Source: Pyrinomonadaceae bacterium
Lineage (GTDB): Bacteria; Acidobacteriota; Blastocatellia; Pyrinomonadales; Pyrinomonadaceae
Direction: 5' to 3'
Assembly (NCBI GenBank): GCA_035761505.1
Contig: DASTQX010000475.1
Span: forward strand, 1 to 59,532
Length of the DNA: 59,532 nucleotides
Shown: positions 36,425 to 45,169 of the stretch, piece after piece
How the letters are laid out: each line of letters opens with the position of its first letter
How positions within the stretch are numbered: the stretch's first letter is position 1
Position numbers and translations under genes: made by a program
The notes under the pieces: generated by a model
Databases searched by the model: none
Seen by the model: the letters and a program-made list of their open reading frames with translations, nothing else
Told to the model about the DNA's origin: nothing

Positions 36425-36630
36425 GCGCCCCTCTTTCGACTTGAACGATTTTTCCGCGTGCCTGATGTTTGCCGGAGCCCGCGCCCCCTGTCAAGAATCC
36501 GGCGCGCGAACGGCGGCGTTGACGAACCGCCGCCCGCATTTTTCCTCCCGCCTTTTGCGCGCGCCCGCCGAGGGGGTACAATCATTCCAAAGTTCAGAGT
36601 CCGAGGTTTGAACTCCGGAACCCGCCTCTC

Positions 36631-36665
36631 GACTTTGAACTTTGAACCTTGAACCTTGAACTCTT
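36631..36665. repeat. five tandem heptamers GACTTTG AACTTTG AACCTTG AACCTTG AACTCTT
   Basis: Read directly. A partly complementary segment, CCAAAGTTCAGAG...TTTGAACT, lies at 36587-36618. The region is a divergent intergenic gap. Confidence 0.8.
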
Positions 36666-36676
36666 TGGGAGGGGCG

Positions 36677-37054
36677 ATGGTGGAAGAGAGGGACGTGCGC
36701 GTGGCGGGCGTGGTGGATCACATCGCCGTCGAGTCGGAGGACTTGGGGCGTGACGCGCGCGAGTACGAGCGGCTGGGCTTCAGCGTCGAGACGATGTACG
36801 AGGACTGGGCGATGCTGCGCGACGCGCGCGGCTTCGGCGTGGCGCTGCTCCCGCCCGGCTCGAAGCACCCGCCGCACCTCGCCATCCGCGTCGAGACGCG
36901 CGAGGCGCTCGAAGAGGCCGCGCGGCGCGAGAACCGCCCCGTCAAAGAGCACCGCGACCGCTCGCTCTCCTTCTACACCCGAGGCGCCAGCGGGCGCGCG
37001 CTCGAAGTCATCTACTACCCGCCGGAATACAAAGCGGCGTCGGGTGACAAGTGA
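36677..37054 (+). CDS. VOC (glyoxalase/bleomycin-resistance/dioxygenase) family protein
   Basis: ATG 36677 follows GGGAGGGG. The track start TTG 36656 lies inside the heptamer repeat. VDHIAVESEDLGRDAREYERLGF is a typical VOC N-terminal beta-alpha-beta segment. Confidence 0.7.
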   Translation: MVEERDVRVAGVVDHIAVESEDLGRDAREYERLGFSVETMYEDWAMLRDARGFGVALLPPGSKHPPHLAIRVETREALEEAARRENRPVKEHRDRSLSFYTRGASGRALEVIYYPPEYKAASGDK

Positions 37055-37127
37055 CGGGTGACGGGTTATAAAGGCTCGTCTGAACTCGTCGCTCGTCGCT
37101 CGTCACTCATCACTTATCATTCGTCAG
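37042..37127. repeat. heptanucleotide-periodic element (GTGACNN x3 facing CGTCRCT/CATCACT x6)
   Basis: GGGTGACAAGTGACGGGTGACGGGT covers the VOC stop codon. CTCGTCGCTCGTCGCTCGTCACTCATCACTTATCATTCGTCAG follows. It shares the 16-mer TCACTCATCACTTATC (37103-37118) with 29178-29193. Confidence 0.8.
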
Positions 37128-37136
37128 TGCCTTCTT

Positions 37137-37604
37137 ATGCCGACCGCTCTGCTTGTTTTCGAGTTTTTGGGGACGACCGAACTGGTGGTCATCGCGCTCG
37201 TCGCGTTAATCATCTTCGGGCCGCGGAAGCTGCCTGAGATCGGGCGCAAAATCGGCCAGACGCTCTCCGAGTTCAAGCGCGCCTCGGAGGACTTCAAGCG
37301 GACTTGGGAGTACGAGGTCGAGACCGAGCGCCCGCAGAGCGCCCCGCGCATCGAGGCCGAAACGGTCGTCGCGCGCGACACCCTGATGGAGGGCGACGTG
37401 CTGGTTGACGAGGACGGCGTGCCTCTCGCCACGGCGGAGGCGACCGTGACGGCGGGCGCAGGCGAACCGCTCCCCGAAGGGCAGACCATCGCGCGCGCGC
37501 CCACGGACTTCGCCGCCGCCATCGCCGCGCGCGAAGAGCCGGACGACGACGCGCCGAACGTCTTCGAGAGTCCCGACCCGACGCCCGGAAAGCAACAATC
37601 CTGA
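37137..37604 (+). CDS. tatA: Sec-independent translocase TatA/TatB family protein
   Basis: 155 aa. N-terminal TM and hinge LVVIALVALIIFGPRKLPEIGRKIG, followed by an amphipathic helix and an acidic tail. Confidence 0.8.
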   Translation: MPTALLVFEFLGTTELVVIALVALIIFGPRKLPEIGRKIGQTLSEFKRASEDFKRTWEYEVETERPQSAPRIEAETVVARDTLMEGDVLVDEDGVPLATAEATVTAGAGEPLPEGQTIARAPTDFAAAIAAREEPDDDAPNVFESPDPTPGKQQS

Positions 37605-37644
37605 CTCCGCCGCCGACGGCAAACCCACTTTAAGAAACTAACGG

Positions 37645-38721
37645 ATGGCTTCAACTCTTCTGGACGACGAAGAAAAGGACGAGGGCGAGGGCGACGAGTC
37701 GCGGCTCGGCGCGCAGATGTCTTTCCTCGAACACCTCGACGAGCTGCGGCGGCGGCTCATCCGCTCTTTCGTCTTCGTCATCCTCGCCGTCGTCGCCTGC
37801 TGGTTCGTCTCCGGCCCGATCTACAACTTCCTCTCGATCCCCGTCCTCCGCGCGCTGGCCGCCGCCGCCCAGAGGCCCGTCCCGCTCGAAGGGCTCACGG
37901 GGCAGGAGGTCATCGCGCCGCTGAGCACCCTGAAGGAGGGCGAGGGCGGGCGCTTCGTCTTCGCGGAGGCGACGAAGATTGGGACGAGCGTCATCCCGGC
38001 GGGCGCTTCGGTGCAGGCGCGCGTGGCGCGCGACCAGTCGGGCCGCCTCGGCGTCTTCACCGACGAGGCGCTGCTGGCGGGCCAGTCCGTCATCCCGAAA
38101 GGCGTCCTCCTCCCCGTGGATATTCAGGCCGCGCCGAGCGACCAGCCCGGCATCGAGGAGAAGCTCGTCGTCCGCACCGCCATGGAGCCCTTCTCGCTCT
38201 ACCTTCAAGTCTCGCTCTACGCGGCGCTCTGCCTCTCCGTGCCGTTTTTGCTGTGGCAGGTCTGGGCCTTCGTCTCGCCCGGCCTCTACCCGCACGAGCG
38301 CGGCTACGCCATCCCCTTTATCGTCCTCTCCTCGATCTCCTTCGTCATCGGCGCGGCCTTCGCCTACTACATCCTCTTTCCCCCGGCGGTCTCGTACCTG
38401 CTTGGGCTCGGCTCGGAGTTCCGCCTCTATCTCAACGCGACCGACTACTTCGACTTCATCATCCTCATCATGCTCGCAATGGGCGTGGTCTTCCAGATGC
38501 CCGCCATCACCTACGTTTTGTCGCGCATCGGGATAGTCAGCGCGGGTTTTCTGCTCCGCCACTGGCGCCTCTCGCTGATCGTCATCCTCGCCGCCGCCGC
38601 CGTGCTCTCGCCCACCTCCGACCTCCTCAACATGATGCTCTTCGCCGCCCCGATGATGGTGCTCTACCTTATCTCCATCTTCATCGCGTGGATGTTCGGC
38701 AAGCCGCGAACGGCGGAATGA
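37645..38721 (+). CDS. tatC: Sec-independent translocase TatC with an enlarged first periplasmic loop
   Basis: 358 aa. MSFLEHLDELRRRLIRS is the TatC N-terminal motif. Six TM pattern. About 108 residues separate IPVLRAL from MEPFSLYLQV. Confidence 0.85.
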   Translation: MASTLLDDEEKDEGEGDESRLGAQMSFLEHLDELRRRLIRSFVFVILAVVACWFVSGPIYNFLSIPVLRALAAAAQRPVPLEGLTGQEVIAPLSTLKEGEGGRFVFAEATKIGTSVIPAGASVQARVARDQSGRLGVFTDEALLAGQSVIPKGVLLPVDIQAAPSDQPGIEEKLVVRTAMEPFSLYLQVSLYAALCLSVPFLLWQVWAFVSPGLYPHERGYAIPFIVLSSISFVIGAAFAYYILFPPAVSYLLGLGSEFRLYLNATDYFDFIILIMLAMGVVFQMPAITYVLSRIGIVSAGFLLRHWRLSLIVILAAAAVLSPTSDLLNMMLFAAPMMVLYLISIFIAWMFGKPRTAE

Positions 38722-38761
38722 GGAAGGAAGAAGGGTTAAAAGGGTCAAAGGTGAAGCGGGG

Positions 38762-38806
38762 AAAAGGGTTCAGGGGGCGGCTCCCGGCGTCCCCTGAACC
38801 CTTTTT
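38762..38806 (+). terminator. rho-independent terminator after tatC
   Basis: AAAAGGGTTCAGGGG, a 14-nt loop, then CCCCTGAACCCTTTT with a T-run. Confidence 0.7.
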
Positions 38807-38848
38807 CGCCGGGGTTTTCGGGCAACCGGAACGCCCCCGTGCCGCATC

Positions 38849-38877
38849 TTGACTGTGTCACTTGCGGGTTCTACAAT
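38849..38877 (+). promoter_or_regulatory. putative sigma70 promoter TTGACT-N17-TACAAT
   Basis: Hexamers at 38849-38854 and 38872-38877. It lies about 200 nt upstream of ATG 39087. Confidence 0.45.
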
Positions 38878-39086
38878 TTGCCGGAAAGTTGGCGATTGAC
38901 CCCGTGGCCGCAGAAGGGGGAGAGATGCCCCGAACAGTCACTTGCGGTCGTCGCCATTTTCGTGGCCTTCAAGCCGGTCACCGACATTCTCAAGCGACCC
39001 TCGCGCCCCTCTTGCCGGGGGAAGTGCGCCGGGCCGCAGCCCGACCCGAAATCTTTTTAGTGAACATCAACAGGAGTAGTAAAGCG

Positions 39087-40730
39087 ATGGCTCGTCACCA
39101 AGCGATGCGTTCTTTCGCGCTGGCCCTCTGTCTGCTGGCCCTGCCCGCCGCGCCCGCGCTGGCGCAGAAGGATAAGAAAGGGGGCGACGATCAGGACGTG
39201 ATGGCGCGCGAGCGCAACGTCAAGACCGAGAAGTCGAAAATCTTCCAGAAGTGGCTCAACGAGGACGTGATCTTCATCGTCACCGAGGAGGAGCGCCGCG
39301 CCTACAAAAAGCTCCGCACCGACGAGGAGCGCGAGCAGTTCATCGAAGGTTTCTGGCGGCGGCGCGACCCCGACCCGGACACCGAGATCAACGAGTACCT
39401 CGAAGAGCACTACGAGCGCATCGCCTACGCCAACCAGCACTTCGCCTCCGGCATCCCCGGCTGGAAGACCGACCGCGGGCGCATCTACATCATGTACGGC
39501 CCGCCGAACGAGAAGGAGACGCACCCGACCGGCGGCCAGTACGACCGCCCCTCCTACCACGGCGGCGGCTCGACGACGACCTACCCGTTTGAAGTCTGGT
39601 TCTACCGCTACCTGCCGGGCGTCGGCTCCGGCGTCGAGATCGAGTTCGTTGACCCGACCGGCACGGGCGAATACCGCATCGCCCGCTCGCCCGACGACAA
39701 GGACGCGCTCTTGAACATCCCCGGCGCGGGGCTCACGCTCAACGAGTCGCTCGGCCTCTCGACGAAGGCCGACCGCCTCGTCAACCGTGGCGCGTTCGGC
39801 TACAGCGGCCCCGGCGCGCGCGAGCAGGACAGCCCCTTCTCGCGGATGATCCTTTTGACCGACCTTCAGAGGCCGCCGCAGGTCAACGCCGTGCTTGAGA
39901 ACTCGCTCGTCACGACGGGCAGCGGCGTGGTCGAAGAGAGCGCCCTCGACGTTTCGGCCCGCGTGGACTTCTTCCGCGCCTCGGATGAGCGCGTGATGAC
40001 GGCGCTCACCGTCCAGACCGACAATCAGGACTTGACCTTCAAGGACGTGGGCGGCGTGCAGACGGCCCGCCTCAACATCTACGGGCGCGTGATGAGCGTC
40101 TCTGGCCGCCGCGTGACGAGCTTTGAAGACCCCGTGGTGACGACCGCGACCGTGGACGAGTTGACGACCGCGAAGGATCGCAAGTCGGCCTACCAGCGCG
40201 TGCTGCCGCTCCCGCCGGGAACTTACAAAGTTGACCTCCTCGTGCGCGACATCAACTCGGCGACGCAGCAGATCAAGCAGATCGGCTTCACCGTGCCGAA
40301 GTACGACCCGGCCAAGCTCTCGGCCTCGACGCTCGTCCTCGCCGTCAAGTTGCAGAGCCTCGGCGAGCAGCTCCCCGGCATGTTCACCATCGGGCCGCAC
40401 AAGGTCATTCCCAACGTCTCCGGCTCCTACAAGCGCGGGCAGGACGTGGGCATCTACTTGCAGCTCTACAACGCCGGGATTGACCAGACGACGCTCCGGC
40501 CCTCGGTGGACGTGGAGTACGTGCTGACGAAGGACGGCAAGGAACTCCTCAAGCAGCCCGAAGACTGGAAGGGGCTCTCGGACGGCGGCCAGCGCCTGAC
40601 GCTCGCGCGCCTGCTCCCGACCGACAAGATGGCCCCCGGCGAATACGAGATCGCCATCCGCGTCCGCGACCGCGTCTCCGGCCAGTCGCTCACCCCGACC
40701 GGCAAATTCACCATCACGGCGGACAAGTAA
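39087..40730 (+). CDS. GWxTD domain-containing secreted protein
   Basis: Internal ATG 39087 gives signal peptide MARHQAMRSFALALCLLALPAAPALAQ. The diagnostic motif IPGWKTDRGRIYIMYGPPNE is present. Confidence 0.8.
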   Translation: MARHQAMRSFALALCLLALPAAPALAQKDKKGGDDQDVMARERNVKTEKSKIFQKWLNEDVIFIVTEEERRAYKKLRTDEEREQFIEGFWRRRDPDPDTEINEYLEEHYERIAYANQHFASGIPGWKTDRGRIYIMYGPPNEKETHPTGGQYDRPSYHGGGSTTTYPFEVWFYRYLPGVGSGVEIEFVDPTGTGEYRIARSPDDKDALLNIPGAGLTLNESLGLSTKADRLVNRGAFGYSGPGAREQDSPFSRMILLTDLQRPPQVNAVLENSLVTTGSGVVEESALDVSARVDFFRASDERVMTALTVQTDNQDLTFKDVGGVQTARLNIYGRVMSVSGRRVTSFEDPVVTTATVDELTTAKDRKSAYQRVLPLPPGTYKVDLLVRDINSATQQIKQIGFTVPKYDPAKLSASTLVLAVKLQSLGEQLPGMFTIGPHKVIPNVSGSYKRGQDVGIYLQLYNAGIDQTTLRPSVDVEYVLTKDGKELLKQPEDWKGLSDGGQRLTLARLLPTDKMAPGEYEIAIRVRDRVSGQSLTPTGKFTITADK

Positions 40731-40734
40731 GAGA

Positions 40735-40819
40735 CGCCGCGACTTCGGCCAACACTCAGGCGGCGCGCTTCCCCTTCGAGGGAGCGCGCCGCCTGATTTT
40801 TTTGGCCGAAGTCGCGGCG
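40735..40819. repeat. 16-bp perfect inverted repeat enclosing the terminator
   Basis: CGCCGCGACTTCGGCC (40735-40750) pairs with GGCCGAAGTCGCGGCG (40804-40819). Confidence 0.8.
40758..40803 (+). terminator. rho-independent terminator after the GWxTD gene
   Basis: AGGCGGCGCGCT...AGCGCGCCGCCT stem followed by GATTTTTTT. Confidence 0.75.
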
Positions 40820-40976
40820 CGACTCAATCACCTGCCCGCTTCATTTCCCGCTTTCGGTGTTATCCTGTCCCGCGATCTTCAGTCGGCGCGCGGCCTCCGC
40901 CAGAGAACTTCCGGCCAGCGGTCGAGGCCGGAGGCGGTTTCTTTCACCCTCTTCCGCAAATCTCAGGTGAGGCATC

Positions 40977-43868
40977 ATGAATCATTCAAAAGCCGTTCTC
41001 GGCCTGCTGCTGGCCGCCGCGTCGCTCTTGGTTCTGCTGAGGGGCATCAACTACTCCTCGGTCGCACAGGACGCGCGCCTTCAGCGAACGCCGCAGACGT
41101 GGACGCTCGACGCGGCGCTCGCGCAGATGCGGCTCCACCCGCAGGACGCTTACCTTCAATACGTGGCGCTGCAACTGGCGCGGCGCGAGGGACGCTTCGA
41201 GCAGGTCGAGCAGGAAGTGCGGGCGCTCATCCCGAACGACCGGACGGCGCGGGCCGAGCGCCTTGATAGCGTTGACCTCTTCAGCGTCTTCAACGGCGCG
41301 CTCGCCGTGCAGGAGAGCCTGCAACTCGACACCATGCGCTTTGCCGCTACGGGCGACCCGCGCCCCGCGCCGGAGCCCACCCCCGACAGCACCAACTACA
41401 ACAGGCCGGTGCCTCCCCCCGCGCGACGCGCCCCGGCGCGAAGACGCAACGCGCCCGCCCGAACGACGCCAGAGGCCGCGAAAGAAGTTCCGAAGCCGCG
41501 ACGCCCCGACGTGTCCGTCTCAACTCTCTCCGGCCCGACCGTCAAGAGCCACCCGTGGACGAAGATGCTCGGCGCTCGCAAGGCCGAAGTCTCCGCGCTC
41601 TCGCGGTTCGTCCCGGAGGACTTCTACTTCGTCGAGTTCCGCACGCTCAACAAGCTCCTCGAAGCCTTCGACGCGGGCGACCTGTGGGGCACGCACCTCT
41701 TCAGTCAGGCTTTGCAGGAGGCGCGCACGCTCGACGTGGGCGAGCGGCTCAAGCGGCAACTCGCCATCGAAACCGAGCCCGCCCTCCGTCCCTTCTACGA
41801 CCTCATCGTCGAAGAGGTGGCGGCGGTCGGCAGCGACCCCTTCGTCCGCGAAGGGAGCGACGTGACGCTGCTCTTCCGCGTCAAGCAGCCGCTCGTCTTC
41901 AACCTCCGGATGAACAGCTTCCTCGACCACGCCGAGCGCGCCAACCCGAAGGCGAAGCGCGCGACCGCGCAGCACCTCGGCGTCGAGTACGTCCAATTGA
42001 CGACGCCCGAACGCGACCTGAGCGTCTATGCCGCCGAGCCCGAACCCGGCCTCCACGTCCGCTCCAACTCGCTCGAAGCCTTCCGGCGCGTCGTCGAAGC
42101 CGTCAAGGGCCGAGACGCGTCGGGCCGTCGCGTCCGTCGGCTCGGAGAGACGGCGGAGTTCGCCTACGTCCGCACGCTCCTCCCGCGCACGGAATCGGAG
42201 GAGGACGGCTTCATCTATCTCTCCGACCCCTTCATCCGCCGCCTCGTCGGCGCGGAACTGAAACTGACCGAGCGCCGACGGATGCTCTGCTATAACCACT
42301 TGCGGATGATCGGCCACGCCGCGCTCTTCCACCGCACGGAGCGCGGTCGCTGGCCCGCCTCGCTCTCGGAGCTTCAGAGCGCCGACGCCGCGCCCGGTCT
42401 CTTCGGCGCGGGCGCGCTCTCCTGCCCCGAAGGCGGCCAGTACGCGCTCTCCGAAGACGGCACGACCGGCGTCTGCGCGCGCCACGGCCACGCCCTGCAC
42501 CTGACGCCGAACCTTGAGATTCCCGTCCGCCGCGTGAGCGCCGAGGAGGCCGACGAGTACCGCGCCTTCGTCACCGAATACAATAGCTACTGGCGCACCT
42601 TCTTCGACCCCATCGCCGTGCGTTTGAAGCTCACGCCGCAGCAGTACCGCGCCGAGACCGTCATCCTGCCGCTCATTGACAACTCGATTTACACGTCGCT
42701 CGCGGCGACGCTCGGCGGCACGCCCGAAGCTCTCGACGCGCGGCCCGTCCCGCGCCGCAACATCTTCAGCCTCAACCTCCGCCTCGACAAAGAGCAACTC
42801 CTGAAGGCATCTCCGCCGGAGATGCGCGAGATGAACGAAGAGTTCTTCCGCGAGATGGGCGTCCCGCGCGGCATGGCGGGGAGCATGGACGGCACGGAGT
42901 TCCTGTCGAAAGGCATCGGCAACCAGTTGGGCTTTCACATCTACGACGCGCGGCCCGCCTTTGACCTCAACACGTCGGGGCTGCTAGGACTCTTCCTCAG
43001 TCCGGGGGCGGGGCGCTCCGCCGCATCTTTAGGCAGCTTCGAGCTGTTGGCCTTGATGGGCGTCGCCTCTCTAAATTCGCCCGTTTATATCTCTGTCCCC
43101 GTGCGCGACGCGCAGGTCGTTGATCGCTTCCTCGAACAGACCGACGTGGCGTGGGCCGCGTTCACGCGCAGCGGGCGGCGCGGCGGCTCGCGGCTCGACC
43201 TTGAGGAAGACTTCTACCAGTTCAAGCTGTCGACGGGCGAGACGGCGCGCGGCTTCGGCCTCCGCTTCGGCCCTCTCAAGCTGCGCTTCTTCTGGGCGCG
43301 CATCGGCGACGGGCTCTACATCGCAAGTAAGCCCTTTATCCTCGAAGACCTCGCCGCGATGCACGCGCCGGGCGCGACGACGAACGCGGACACCGCGCCG
43401 GGCCACGCCGCCGCGCCGAGTCACGCGCTCGCGCGAGTCCGCGCCGACCACTGGGACGAAGTGCTCGCGGACTATCGCCTGAGTTGGGCCGAGAACGAGC
43501 GCGAAGCCTGCCTCAACAACCTCGGCCCGCTCTCGAACGTGAGCCGCGCCCTCGCCGCGCGCCCGCTCGCCGGAGACGCCGCGCCCGCACAGAGCGCCGG
43601 GGAGCGCAACCGCGCCGTCTTAGAGTTGGTCGGGCGGCTCCACGCCGCGCACTACTTCTGCCCCGAAGGCGGCGCGTATGAAGTCGCGCCCGACGGCCTC
43701 ACAGTCTCCTGCAACGTCCACGGCGGCGCGCTCCAACCCCGGCAGGCGACCGCGCCCTCCGAGCGCAGCGCCGCCGGGCGAACCATGCGTGCCCTCAACG
43801 GCGCGACCGCCACGCTCACCTTCACGGAAGAAGGCTTGCACGCCGTCGTGACGGTTGACCGCAAGTAA
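40977..43868 (+). CDS. large exported or membrane-anchored hypothetical protein (963 aa)
   Basis: AGGTGAGG RBS. N-terminal hydrophobic anchor. A Pro/Arg-rich disordered stretch. Two copies of a CPEGGxY...C..HG motif. Codon usage is typical for this window. No family recognised. Confidence 0.7.
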   Translation: MNHSKAVLGLLLAAASLLVLLRGINYSSVAQDARLQRTPQTWTLDAALAQMRLHPQDAYLQYVALQLARREGRFEQVEQEVRALIPNDRTARAERLDSVDLFSVFNGALAVQESLQLDTMRFAATGDPRPAPEPTPDSTNYNRPVPPPARRAPARRRNAPARTTPEAAKEVPKPRRPDVSVSTLSGPTVKSHPWTKMLGARKAEVSALSRFVPEDFYFVEFRTLNKLLEAFDAGDLWGTHLFSQALQEARTLDVGERLKRQLAIETEPALRPFYDLIVEEVAAVGSDPFVREGSDVTLLFRVKQPLVFNLRMNSFLDHAERANPKAKRATAQHLGVEYVQLTTPERDLSVYAAEPEPGLHVRSNSLEAFRRVVEAVKGRDASGRRVRRLGETAEFAYVRTLLPRTESEEDGFIYLSDPFIRRLVGAELKLTERRRMLCYNHLRMIGHAALFHRTERGRWPASLSELQSADAAPGLFGAGALSCPEGGQYALSEDGTTGVCARHGHALHLTPNLEIPVRRVSAEEADEYRAFVTEYNSYWRTFFDPIAVRLKLTPQQYRAETVILPLIDNSIYTSLAATLGGTPEALDARPVPRRNIFSLNLRLDKEQLLKASPPEMREMNEEFFREMGVPRGMAGSMDGTEFLSKGIGNQLGFHIYDARPAFDLNTSGLLGLFLSPGAGRSAASLGSFELLALMGVASLNSPVYISVPVRDAQVVDRFLEQTDVAWAAFTRSGRRGGSRLDLEEDFYQFKLSTGETARGFGLRFGPLKLRFFWARIGDGLYIASKPFILEDLAAMHAPGATTNADTAPGHAAAPSHALARVRADHWDEVLADYRLSWAENEREACLNNLGPLSNVSRALAARPLAGDAAPAQSAGERNRAVLELVGRLHAAHYFCPEGGAYEVAPDGLTVSCNVHGGALQPRQATAPSERSAAGRTMRALNGATATLTFTEEGLHAVVTVDRK

Positions 43869-43870
43869 AT

Positions 43871-44035
43871 AAGATTCGCTGGAAGGTTCCGGGCTTCGCT
43901 CCGGCGATGATGAAGGACAACCGCGTCGTCTTCGCCGAAGGCTACGGCGGGCGCGAGTCGGGCAAGATTGAAGCCTCGGACGCCGACACGCTCTTCGCCA
44001 TCGCGTCGCTCGCTTGCGGGGGCTCGTCGGGATAA
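43871..44035 (+). pseudogene. remnant of a serine hydrolase / beta-lactamase-family gene (N-terminal ~55 codons only)
   Basis: My translation: KIRWKVPGFAPAMMKDNRVVFAEGYGGRESGKIEASDADTLFAIASLACGGSSG*. It resembles the family N-terminus (iPG.avav..dg.vv...GyG.........dTlF.iaS.sK). The SxxK lysine is lost and the frame stops immediately. Confidence 0.4.
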
Positions 44036-44073
44036 AATGTCCGCGAACGCCATTCATCCAAAGGAGAAAGCAG

Positions 44074-44310
44074 ATGGGCAACGAGAAGGAAGCCGACATG
44101 GAAGTCGAGAAGTCTTACGCCTCCGGCGAGGTCGTCGCCAAACTCCGCCGCTTAGCCGACGCCCTCGAACAGGAGAAGACCTTCGAGATACAGATCGCGG
44201 GCGAGCGTATCTACGTCCCCCCCTACACCACCGTCGAGTTCGAGTACGCCCGCGACGGCGAAGAGGAAGAGATGGAAATAGAACTCAAGTGGAAGCGCCG
44301 CTCAAGCTAA
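44074..44310 (+). CDS. amphi-Trp domain-containing small acidic protein
   Basis: ATG 44074 follows AGGAGA. The 78-aa product has VAKLRRLADALEQEKTFEIQIAGERIYVP...EMEIELKW, which matches the amphi-Trp pattern as I recall it. Confidence 0.6.
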   Translation: MGNEKEADMEVEKSYASGEVVAKLRRLADALEQEKTFEIQIAGERIYVPPYTTVEFEYARDGEEEEMEIELKWKRRSS

Positions 44311-44357
44311 ACCGAGCGGGCCTTGCGCCTCTCCGCAATCAAAGAGCGAACAAGAAG

Positions 44358-44408
44358 ACTTCGACGCCGGTAAGCTCTAAATGCTTACCGGCGTCGAAGT
44401 TTTTTTTC
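44358..44408. terminator. bidirectional rho-independent terminator
   Basis: ACTTCGACGCCGGTAAGC-tctaaat-GCTTACCGGCGTCGAAGT followed by TTTTTTTT. It lies between convergent stops at 44310 and 44423. Confidence 0.8.
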
Positions 44409-44422
44409 AACTTGAGTCCGAG

Positions 44423-45169
44423 TTAAAAGAGGCTCCCCTGCCCGCCCGGTTCTTCTTGAGAAGTCTCGGTGGACGCTTCCGAGGTCGGGGCGCGTTCGCC
44501 TCGGCGGAGGGCGTTGACGAGGAGGTGCGCGCGGCGTGTGGGTTCGGGCTGGCGGTAGCCGCCGTCGCAGAGGAGGGTGAGCGTGACCGCGCCGTCGGTG
44601 TCTATGAGGTGGCCGGGCGAGACGTAGATGGGCTGGACGCGCGTCTTGGTGCGGAGCGCCGCGCCGACCGTCTCGCCTTTGTCCACGAGCGGCGCGCGGC
44701 TGCCTCGTTCCTCGCCCAAGTCTTCGTACTTGCCGACGAGGACGGACTTGGCGCAGCCGAAGGTAGGGCGGTTGATGAGGAGGCCGACGTGCGAGGCGAT
44801 GCCGACGCGACGCGGGTGCGCGATGCCCTGCCCGTCGAACATCACGGCGTCGGGCTCGGTCTGGAGACGCGCCCACGCTTCGAGCAAGGGCGGCGTCTCG
44901 CGGAAGGAGAGGAGGCCCGGCACGTAGGGAAACTTCGTCTCGCTCACGACGCCGACCTCCTCGACCACTTCGAGCGAGGGGAGGCGCAGGACGACGATTC
45001 CGGCGAAGAGGACGGGCGAATATTTGTCGAAGCTGATGTCCGCGCCCGCCACCGTCTCGACCTCACGCGCGAGCGGCTCGACGCGCACGCGCTCGCGCAA
45101 GCTCTTCTGCAACGCGACGGCCTCGCGCGGCGAAAGCGACCACTCGTGCAGTTGTTCAAAGTGCGCCAT
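44423..45169 (-). CDS. nfi: endonuclease V (deoxyinosine 3' endonuclease)
   Basis: Internal ATG (rc of 45167-45169) gives MAHFEQLHEWSL... Motifs AGADISF, YVPGLLSFRE and DGQGIAHPRR are present. Confidence 0.85.
   Translation of the reverse strand: MAHFEQLHEWSLSPREAVALQKSLRERVRVEPLAREVETVAGADISFDKYSPVLFAGIVVLRLPSLEVVEEVGVVSETKFPYVPGLLSFRETPPLLEAWARLQTEPDAVMFDGQGIAHPRRVGIASHVGLLINRPTFGCAKSVLVGKYEDLGEERGSRAPLVDKGETVGAALRTKTRVQPIYVSPGHLIDTDGAVTLTLLCDGGYRQPEPTRRAHLLVNALRRGERAPTSEASTETSQEEPGGQGSLF

Noticed and set aside
36425-36640. Cobalamin riboswitch upstream of the BtuF-like gene.
   Set aside because: I read the minus-strand leader for a B12-box and the conserved GGTG/GCCACTG-type elements and found no convincing match. 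Only a covariance-model search (Rfam RF00174) could settle it.
38862-39086. N-terminal extensions of track ORFs. Examples: 38862 for the GWxTD gene, 18370 for M16, 47439 for fused M16, 12378 for PmbA, 44014 for amphi-Trp, 45250 for nfi, 56026 for SET, 56822 for DUF1287.
   Set aside because: The extensions are Arg/Pro-rich or repeat-derived and precede an internal Met. That Met is followed by a signal peptide or a conserved N-terminus, usually with a better RBS.
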